NCBI GenBank assembly: GCA_043228905.1
Contig: JBHGNT010000011.1
Location: forward strand, 6,758,001 to 6,822,000
DNA length: 64,000 nt
Source: Azolla caroliniana
Taxonomy: Eukaryota > Plantae > Polypodiophyta
Direction: 5' to 3'
The notes under the pieces were generated by a model. It was not told the DNA's origin and ran no database searches. It saw nothing but the letters and a program-made list of their open reading frames with translations. Numbering within the stretch: position 1 is the first letter of the stretch; each line of letters opens with the position of its first letter. The translations under genes were made by a program, and so were the position numbers. Shown piece by piece: positions 49,501-59,646 of this stretch.

Positions 49501-52368
49501 CTGGGTTTGGTTCGTAAGTCTCATCATGGAGAATAGTGGTCGTGCCATATTTTGCCGCGGTTGTGATGACGTCGATTTCGAACAACGGAATGATCCGTGG
49601 GTGCTCATCTAAGTATGCCTCCAATTCTGCATCCTCCACCCCCGCCAACATATTTATATCTTCTGCGTATAATGGTTTTATACCCTTGGGTTGTGGCATG
49701 CTTCCTTCCGTAGGTACGCGAACCTTGGTGCGTCTGTGTCAGAAACTGATACACTTGTGATGCCAGCTCTGCTTGATATTTGATGCCCGAAGCCATGGTC
49801 TGCCCAGAAGCATTGGGTATGCCCCTGGGGCATCCAAGGCGAGGACGACCGCCGAGATGTCCAAGCGATGTCCGCCCAATGGTCGTACTGAGCGGGTATC
49901 TGCCATTCGGAGCCAGAATGGGCAAGACTCCCATTCCGAAATGCCTAACTACTCGCGCGCTAATTACATTGACGCCTGAGCCGCCATCGATTACGCATCC
50001 AGGAATTTCCTGTCCGTGTAATATTAATGTAATAGCCGGGTTGTGGTGATCCACTACAGGCGGGTCGTCGCTAACGTCTGTAAGGTTTGTAGCGACGCTC
50101 ACCCCGGGTATGCCCGTCACGCGTTCTTCCATGGTTTGGCAGAAGTGTGGGACTAGCTGCAGCAGCTTCTCCATGGTTAGCGTTATCTCGCAGCCCGCTA
50201 ATGCCTGCCAAATGGGGTCCGGGAGCGGTCCTTCGTCCTCTACTTGATCCCTCGCATTCGCGGACTCCTTCCACATGCGCTTTGTATTGGTCGCTTTTTC
50301 TTTTTCCACCCATGCCTTGGCTTGTCGTCGTATCTCATCTTGCGCAGCCCAATCAACCGTTTTTGTTTGTTGGCGTGTCGTGACTTGCTACACTTCCGTC
50401 GTAATCGTGTTGACGGCGAGCCCTTGCCCTTGCATGTTGGGCATTGCGTGACATAATGTCCGGGCTGCTGACAAATAAAACAATGGATGCTTGATTCACC
50501 CTTCTCGGCTCTTGGTGGTGTGTGCCGATCCCCTGGTGCGACTTGCTCCTCCCAGTCCGGCCTTGTTTGTCGAAACGCACGCGGTGGTTGCTGTTGGTCC
50601 CATCGTGGTTCTTGGTGTCGCTCATGTCTCGAGCTTTCGTCATAACGCCAGTGATCTCGATATTGCCGCGGCTTCCCACAATAACCATTGAAGCCGCCAC
50701 GTTTGTTTGTCGTCCGGTGATTCTCATAGCTCCGACCCCCTTTAGCATAACTTGGATGTCCACGATAGTCCTCATCCTCCGGTTCGTCTTCCTCGGAATC
50801 ATTGTGATTTCGGCGATTCCGGTGGTGCCGGTCGTCCCATGGGTTGCGATCCATATACCGTGGTCGGTCTTGTTGCCTCCTTTGTTTAGTACGGCGTGGG
50901 GGACACTGCGTGTCCATGCTGCGGATTGTGGGAGCGGCTCTGTTCAACATATTGTATTCGCATTGTTCGACTGTGTGAGCCTTCGAGTGGCAGATTGGGC
51001 AGTGGATTCGCATGTTGCACTCCACTGCGGAATGCCCCGAGTTCAAGCAAATCGTGCACTGGATTGCTTGACGAAACTGGCGTTCCTCGTCCTGGGGTAA
51101 CGCTTGTCGTAAGGAGGACATAGAAAACCTTTCCTTCTCCTCGTCTAACTCGAGCTGTAACGCTTGTTCAATGAACATATCCGTCATTTCCCCTTTCACG
51201 CTATTGTTGTTGAGCATTGCCCGGATGGGTTAGCGTAATGCTACCAGAAATGTCTCTCGAGCCTCGTCCTCTGCGGGGCTCCGTTCTAGTTTCTGCCGTA
51301 AATTTTGGAAACGTAAGCTGAAGTCTGCGATCGTCTCGGTCGGCAGTTGCTTAATCGTGTAGAACTATCCGAGGATTTCGCGTTGTGGAACCCTCCGATG
51401 GAAGAACCGCAAGAAAGTGGACTACAGCTGATCGAAGGTTGTGATTGCTAGTAAATCCATCTGTGAATGCCAAAATGTCGCTCGCCCATCCAATGTCAAC
51501 CCGAACTCCGTCATTTTCGACTGCTGCGCTACCGCCTCTAAAAGGCTTTGCGCCATGTGGTTCGCATTCCAGACATTAAGGAACATGCGAATATGGGTTG
51601 CGGCGTCGGTTTCGCCGTTAAAGCGGGGATAGGCAAAGGCCATGCTGGGGGCTACGGCGGGTCGGGAAAGACAACAGGGTGGTTGTGGTGAGCGTGGTCC
51701 CCGGGTATCGCCGAGGTGTTTGGAGAGCGAAGAATCACCTTTGTAATCACGACAGGTAGTACCGAGGTCGCTGAGGCGAGGCTTCTGCCGTGCGCGTTCC
51801 TCTGCCTGGCGTGTGACGAACCTTGTGATTGGCCGGTCTTGTCGTGTTGGTTCTCTGGGGCGTCTGCGGCTAAACATCCATTCATTGTTGCTCGTCTGTG
51901 AGAAGACACAGATCACCAAGCGTGCCAAAAGTGTTACCGATTAGGAACAGGGTCTGTGGTCAGTCCTTCGACCTAGACCTCCAAGTGATTGTGGAACCAC
52001 GAATGGGGCGTCTATGCGTAATGCGTAGGGGAATGTCTCCCTTAACCTATCAGCGTATAAGGGGGACGGCTACAACCAACTCCTTAGCAATGGTTACACT
52101 TACGTTCTTACACGCTCAGGTATTCCAGACACATAGTAGATTAGCCGTAGCTATACATAGACTTTCAGAGAGGATAGAATTCTATTATGATACGCTTCTT
52201 TACATTCCAAAATACACGCTCCTTCTATCAGAGGTTTTTTTCCCTTTATATACACAGGGTCAATTTAGCCGTTCACACTTCCTACGTGAAACGTTACATG
52301 TGTTATGATCTTATATTATTTCTTATTCCTACACTCTTGTCCGTCGGTTACTATTCCGGCGGACAACA
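46531..52368 (-). mobile_element. Element G: degenerate non-chromovirus Ty3/gypsy (Athila/Selgy-like RT), 3' LTR missing
   Basis: 5' LTR 51932-52368 (tgtta..caaca); PBS-like tggcacgcttggtg (tRNA-Arg-like); gag with three CCHC knuckles; VIDGGSG protease; WLSPIVVVPKKNGKIRVCVDYRKLN..FLDGFSGY..FLDD RT; FVDASD RNase H; YYPQANGLAE integrase. Confidence 0.9.
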
Positions 52369-53474
52369 GGCGCGAAGGACAGCGTGAATCTCCTGTCATC
52401 TTCTAGGGCATTCTTGCTCGCTCCATTGGATTCTCTATCTCTTTCAAACACTTGGGGGCGTACAGTGGGTCGTCAGTGAGCGAAGGCCCATATTACCATG
52501 ATCTCGTCCGAGTGCAGACATGGGTATTCCAGTTCATATGTGGACGAACATCGTCACATAACATGTATTGGCGACAAAACTAGGCCATATTTTTGACATT
52601 CCGGTACTTGGTCCGAGCAAGTAGTACAGAGGATAGATCCTCCAACACCAACATGTTGTTGTAGTATAGTGGTGAGTATTCTCACCTGTTACGTGGGTGA
52701 CCCGGGTTCGATCCCCGGCAATGGGGCGAATCTCTTGTCATCTTCTAGGGCATTCTTGCTCGCTCCGTTGGAATCTCCATCCCTCTCAAACACTTGGGGG
52801 CGTACAATGGGTCGTCAGCGAGCCAACGCCCATATTACCATTATCTCGTGGGCGGGGCGAAGCTTTTGTAATCTTCTAGGGCATTCTTGCTCACTCTGTT
52901 GGATTCTCTATCCCTTTCAAACACTTGGGGGCGTACAGTGGCTCGTCAGCGAGCCAACGCCTATATTACCATTATCTCGTCCAAGTGCACACATGGGTAT
53001 TAAAGTTCATATGCGGATGAACATCGTCGCATAACATGTATTGGCGACGACACCGGGCCATGTTTTCGACAGTTCAATACATGGTCCGAACAAGTAGTAC
53101 TCACCACTATACTATACTGTTTCCAACACCCACATGTTGTTGTAGTATAGTGGTGAGTATTCCCGCCTGTTACACGGGTGACCCGAGTTCGATCCCCGGC
53201 AATGGGGCGAATCTCTTGTCATCTTCTAGGGCATTTTTGCTCGCTCCGTTGGATTCCCTATCCCTTTCAAACACTTGGGGGCGTAAAGTGCGTCGTCAGC
53301 GAGCCAGGGCCCATATTACCATGATGTCATCTGAGTGCACACATGGGTATTCCAGTTCATATGCAAACGGGCATCTTCGCATAACATGTATTGGCAACGA
53401 AACCAGGCCATGTTTTCGACATTCTGGTACATGGTTCGGACAAGTAGTACAAAGGATACTCCATCAAACACCAA
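52369..53474 (+). repeat. tRNA-Asp satellite, block 5
   Basis: tRNA copies at ~52655 and ~53136. Confidence 0.95.
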
Positions 53475-56400
53475 TTAGATTTCTTGAGGCAATTAGATGA
53501 TGTGGTAAACGAGTAAGACCGGCCAAAATCGGAGCCATTTGGTTGGACAACCCTAGGCATGTAACGTCCGTCCCTAGTTGTGGTCCCATTTCATCCGGTC
53601 AAGTTAGTCGAGTTTTCTCTGCACAAGTTGAGCTTAACACATCTAGGTGCCATTCAGTCCTAGCTTCTACCCTCTTAGACTCTGGAGCCAACTCTTGTTT
53701 CATGGATCATGAGTTTGCTGTAATGCACAATATTCAGTTGCATATGCTCCCAAGCCCAGTGTTTGTCGGAGTCGTTGATGGATGCCCCAAAGCATTAGGT
53801 GATATAGTTGAAGAGTCTGAACCAATTCATGTAGTCCTAGGCAATTTGGCTAGTGTCATCTCATTCAACATCATTAGTAGTCCAAAGCACTCACTAGTTC
53901 TTGGTCTTCCATGGTTTGAGCTACATAACCCAACTATTGATTGGAGAAAAAGAACCATTGAAGAGGTCACAATACAGACCGAGCCTCTTAAAACTCCAAC
54001 AAAGGATATGACATTCCAAAAGATTTCGACAATCTCTATACATCAATTACGTGAGGAAGGACGGAAGGAAGACATGTTGGTGTTCGCAGTTTTAGCAACT
54101 CCCACATCGAGCTCACAAGAATCGGGGGTCCAACTACCGAAGAAATATATAGAATTCTCCGATGTTTTTGATAAGGTGAAGGCCAATAGACTACCAGAGC
54201 ATCGAGCATATGATTGCCCGATTGATTTGCAGCCCATAAAAGAGCCTCCATGGGGGCCAATTTATAACCTTTCACCCACGAAGTTAGAGGTTCTTCGGGA
54301 ATATATCGATGAGAACTTGGCGAATGGGTTTATCTAGCATTGAAGATCTCCTGTCGGCGCACCCATATTTTTCGTTAAGAAGAAAGATGGTTCACTTCGT
54401 CTGGTCGTGGTGCTTACAATCTTGTTCGAATTTTTCCTGGGGATGAATGGAAGACTGCTTTTCGTACTCGCTATGGCCATTTTGAGTATACAATGATGCC
54501 ATTTGGTCTCATCAATGCACCAACAGTTTTCCAACATATGGCGAATGACATTTTTCGAGATTTCCTCGATATTTTCGTCATAATTTACCTAGATGATATC
54601 TTGATCTACTCAAAAACTCAAGAGGATCATGATAAACATGTTCGACAAGCTTTGCAAGGGTTGCGTGAATATAGTCTCTATGCAAAATTGGAGAAGTGTA
54701 GTTTTGACCAGCGTCAAGTGGAATTTTTGGGGTACATAGTCTCTTCACATGGCATCTCTATGGATCCAGCAAAGGTTCAAACAGTTTTGGATTGGCAAAC
54801 ACCACAGTTTGTGCGAGATATACAATGTTTTTTAGGGTTTGCAAACTTTTATCACAAGTTCATCAAAGATTATTCAAAGATCGTATTGCCCCTCACTCAA
54901 CTGAGACAGAAGAATCAACCATTTGTGTGGAGTATAAATGCAAACTCTGCATTTGAAGGATTAAAGCAAGAATTTACATCCGCACCAATTTTGATGCATG
55001 TTGATCCATTGAAGCGCTTTATACTTGAAGCTGATGCATCCGACTTCGCAGTAGGAAGCGTATTATCCTAGATTAGCAATGATGGCCAACTACACCCTGT
55101 GGCTTTTCATTCACGGAAATTCGAAGCTGCAGAAATCAATTATGAGATTCACGACAAAGAGCTTCTTGCCATTGTGGATTCTTTTCAACAATGGCGTCAT
55201 TTTTTGGAGGGTTCTTCTCAACAAATCATTGTCTATAATGATCACAAAAATCTAATGTACTTCCAAAGTGCTCGAGTCTTGAGTTGTCGACAAGCTCGTT
55301 GGGCCCAGTTTTTAACTCGTTTTGATTTCGTAATTTTATATCGCCCTGGGACGCAACAAAGCAAAGCAAATGTTTTATCTCAGTGTTCATATATGGAACT
55401 TCAACCAGGAGAGGCCGCATTTGAAAGTCAGAAGCAAATCCTCTTGGGTCCTGACCGTCTACGACTAATGGCTTTTCATGCTATAGACACACCCGAGGAT
55501 TCAAGTCTTCTGGACTCCATTCGGGAGCATATTGAGACTAATGAATTCGCCCAATATATTCTAAACCATATTATCCCAGTTCGTGCTTCTTGTCACAATC
55601 TCAAAATCCTCGACAAAATCTCTTATATGTGCCTGATGGTCCTTCTCGACTCCAAGTCTTGCAACAATGTCATGATACACCAATGGCTGGACATTTTGGC
55701 ATCCACAAGACTTTGGTGTTAATTTCTCGAAGGTATTGGTGGCCACGACTTCGCCATTTTGTTACGGATTATGTTCATATTTGTGATACATGTTGCCGAT
55801 CCTAAAAACATCGACATCATCCATATGGCTTATTACAGCCAATGCCTATTCCTGAGAGTCCATGGAAATCTATTTCATTGGACTTCATTATGGATCTACC
55901 ACCTTCCAAGGGTTTTGATTCTATTCTCACGGTAGTAGATCGTTTTACCAAGATGGCACATTTTCTTCCTTGCACAAAGGCCATTATGAGCCAAGAGACA
56001 ACCGAGTTACTCATGCGAGAGGTGTTTCGGCATCATGGTCTTCTGATGATATTATCAGTGATCGGGGTTCCCAGTTCATCTCAAAATTGGTGGCACATGT
56101 TCAAACTCTTACATACTTCTTGCAAACTCTCTTCCGGCTACCATCCAGAAACTAACGGAAAGAGTGAGCGCACCAACCAAACAGTAGAACAATATCTTCA
56201 TTGTTTTGTCAACTATCAACATGATGATTGGGTTGATCTATTACATTTGGTGGAATTTGCTTACAACAAATCAGAACATTCTTCTACTGGATATTCCCCA
56301 TTATTTGCAAACATTGGGTTCCATCCTCGTTGGACTATGCTTGAACATCCTGAACTTCCGACGAACCCAGCTGCTGAAGATCGGCTCACCCGACTCCAAG

Positions 56401-56590
56401 AAGTTCAAGATATCCTTTTGCACCATTTATGTGATATTTGGTAAGATCAATGATGTGGCATTTCGCCTTGATCTTCCCCCTCATATGCATCTTCACCCGG
56501 TCTTCCATGTTTCACTTTTGGAGCCGTACACAACCAGCTCTATTCTAGGTCGTCTTACATCTCCCCCACCTCCAATCGAAATGTATGTAT
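53475..56590 (+). pseudogene. Element H: old Tcn1-like chromovirus fragment (gag end, PR, RT, RH, INT), no LTRs visible
   Basis: LLDSGANS, YLDD, EADASD, SLDFIMDLP; many stops and deletions; colinear with I and K. Confidence 0.92.
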
Positions 56591-56869
56591 CATGAGATGG
56601 GGTCGACACCTTGATCCGCAAGTCTTGCAGCAATCGCCGAAAGCCAAATGGCTTCATAGGTGGCAATGGTAGCGCCCCGGTGTTCCTTAGTGCTCGAAAG
56701 GGCCACTGGTGGTTGCTTTTTGCTGCTCCATGCAACAACCGCGCTACCAAGGGAAAACATATAGCCGGAGGTGGATCCGCGATTCGATGCATCGCCGGCC
56801 CAGTAAGCATCGGTGTAGCTGACTAGGTCTTTGGTTATACCATGCCGGGTATAACAATCCCTAGTCCTT

Positions 56870-57834
56870 CATGCTGCTCACTTATCGCAAAATTCAATGC
56901 ATGCACAGATGGTGCTCCACGGTCGGCTTCTACATATATTGGTTGATCACGCCGACTGGATAACTGATGTCAGGCCGGGTGATTATCAAATATATAAGGC
57001 TTCCGACGATTTGTCGAAACCGCTTCTCATCGGAGGCCGGTCCGGAGTCGGGATGGAGCTTCTGGTTCCGGTCCAAGGGTGTGGAGATCGGTCGGCATTC
57101 CGTCATTCCGTTGGAGCAATATGCCGTCGGGGGTTCGGATCACCTCGATCCCAAGGAAATAGTGAAGGTCCCCCAGGTCCTTCATCTCAAATGCGTCTGA
57201 TAGCTGGTACTTGACTCGGTTGATTTCATCAAGTCCGGGTCCGATGATGACTAGATCATCAACATACAACAAGATGCAAACCGGACCGTCCGGACCTTGC
57301 CGGATGAACAACAAAGAGCCAGACTTGGAGGCCGCAAACCCCATCTTATGCAACCGGTGCGTGATCTTCGCATTCCAAGCTCGGGGGCTTGCTTCAGGCC
57401 ATAAAGTGACTTCTTCAACCGGCATACCGCCGACTTGTTCATCTCCGACTGGAAACCGGGGGGTTGGCTAATAAAGACCTCTTCTTCAAGATCTCCTTGA
57501 AGAAATGCATTCTTCACGTCCATCTGGTGAAGATGTCACCCCCTTGCCGCAGCAACCGCCAACACCACACGAACCGTCATCATCTTCGCCACTAGAGCAA
57601 AGGTTTCATCGTACTCGATTCCGTTGGTCTGCGTGTATCCCTTCGCCACTAACCGGGCCTTGTACCGGTGAACCGAACCGTCGGCATTGTACTTTACCTT
57701 GTACACCCACTTACATCCGATCGGTTTACAGTGTCGGGGAGGGTCAACTATGTCCCATGTGTTGTTGGCATCAAGTACCCACATTTCTTCCTCCATAGCG
57801 GCACACCAATTCGTGTCCTTTGCCGCTTCTACGT
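56870..57834 (-). pseudogene. Ty1/copia RT fragment (different family), cut by J
   Basis: [62 protein letters not shown]. Confidence 0.92.
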
Positions 57835-59209
57835 TGTTGTGGCGTGGACAAAAGATATCGTGAAAGTGAGGAAGGAATCACTGGGATTATGGGAAGAGAC
57901 GAAAAAGTAGAGATAGAGTAAATAGAGATCAACAAGATATGACAAGATAGGATATTGAATGATATTTGAAGGAATAAACGAGATTTATCATTATTTGATG
58001 AAAAAGTTACAAAAGTGGTTGTAAGCGTCGTTGATCCTTCGAACTTCGTCACAAGATAATCGCTCTTCTCTTTCTTGATAGTAGGCCACAACAATCTTCA
58101 CTTCAATATTTTGATGAAGATATGGCTCGAACGGCCTCCCTCTTGTTGAGAGTTGACCACCACGATCGACAAGCTAGAGCTCCACCTTTATGTTGAACTT
58201 CTTCCTTTCTTTCTCTATTTTATGGTATCTCTTATGTAATATATATTTGATTGATATCTCATACCTCTCCCCCTTTGATCTTCTCTTTCACCATTTAAAT
58301 AGGTGCCCCCATGCATATGATGCATTGGAGGGTACAAGTCATGCATGTAGTGCATGAAATGCATGATCGCCATTTGGCGTTCATGCATTACATGTGATGC
58401 ATGATAGGCATCTCGCTCATTTGAGCTTTCATGTATGAAAAAATATATGGCATAAGAATAAACATGAAAATATAATCCTAAAAACAAAGGACCTAGCCTA
58501 ATGGTAGATGTGTTGGCTTTGGTATATGAGGTTGTAGGTTCAAGTCTCTCAAATATTATTGAATACAACATTTAACGTCGTTTTTATATCATGAAGCAAA
58601 TACTTTATTTTATATATATTATTAGTATAGAGTAAATGGTAAGATTTGAAAGTCATAAGGTGGGGTTATTAGTTCAAGTCCTCTCTTGTTCGTGTAATAT
58701 AATATATTTATCTATATATTATTTTTCTTTACATCTATATAATATTATCATGTGTTGTTAATATTATCTTTATATATAAAACATTATCATATTTTATTTT
58801 AGTTACGTATTTATCTTATTATAGACTTTTAATGTAAAGCTTTCGTACTTCACGACATCAACCCCCTCTAGACCTGCACATCCTCCTGCATTTGCCACTA
58901 TCTTTCATCTTCATGTTGATCTATTGGAGGAGGTTCAAGCTTAAACCTTTTCTTAAATACTTTTTTCCTCTTTCCAGGTACCACATCTAGGGTTAGTGTC
59001 CCATCCAATTCACTAAGCTTAGAAGTAAAGTTATCATATACTTTTCTTACTATATAAGGCCCAAACCATCTTTCAACGAACTTGCGGACGATGCTATGTT
59101 GATTATCTAAACTGCTATCATACACGAGCACCCAATCTCCTTCTTCTATTTTCTTAGGTCGAATTCTATGAGCTTTATCAAAACGAATTTTATTCTTCAG
59201 TCGAGCCTC
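57835..59209 (-). mobile_element. Element J: 3' LTR (57835-58857), PPT and integrase tail of a B-related gypsy; interrupted by K
   Basis: tgttgt...cttcacgaca; central LTR block homologous to the B LTR; KIEEGDWVLVYDSSLDNQHS..RWFGPY matches the B integrase. Confidence 0.9.
58487..58692 (+). promoter_or_regulatory. Two tandem tRNA-like A/B-box cassettes in J LTR
   Basis: tagcctaatgg (58494)..ggttcaagtct (58537) and tagagtaaatgg (58628)..agttcaagtcc (58671); both 43 nt start to start. Confidence 0.62.
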
Positions 59210-59313
59210 TGTCAGGAATAGTACTGAGACAGAGAAGGAATTAGTACTAAACGAAGGATTAGTACTATGAGAGGTGTGGAACTTCTTCGAGAGAAGGAAG
59301 AAGTGAGCGAGAC

Positions 59314-59356
<43 letters not shown>

Positions 59357-59574
59357 TGATAAGAAAGATATTTATTATATGAAGAGAATATACAACGGTG
59401 GCTAAAAGGCTTAAGACTGGCGTTGAACCAATTTGGTTCAACATAATGCCTAGTGCCCTCTTTTATAGTGTTTTCAGGAGTAATCCTGAAGCTTCTAGAA
59501 TGTTCCAGAGAAATCTGGAATATACACTAATTTCCTATAATAAAATGTAAATGAAAATAATATCTTACGTATTA

Positions 59575-59646
59575 CAATAGATGGTCTAATGGTCAAGAGC
59601 TCGACCCATATAACCTAAGGTCATGGGTTCGAGTCTTGCCATATCA
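59575..59646 (+). promoter_or_regulatory. tRNA-like A/B-box cassette in K LTR
   Basis: tggtctaatgg (59582)..ggttcgagtct (59626). Confidence 0.65.

Noticed and set aside
23123-53500. Many similar short ORFs (..CSIVVSIPACHAGDPGSIPGNG..) that look like a repeated gene family
   Set aside because: They are translations of the tRNA-Asp satellite; frames break at random between copies.
56593-56870. Unassigned GC-rich segment between H and the copia fragment
   Set aside because: No motif, repeat partner or credible ORF recognised.
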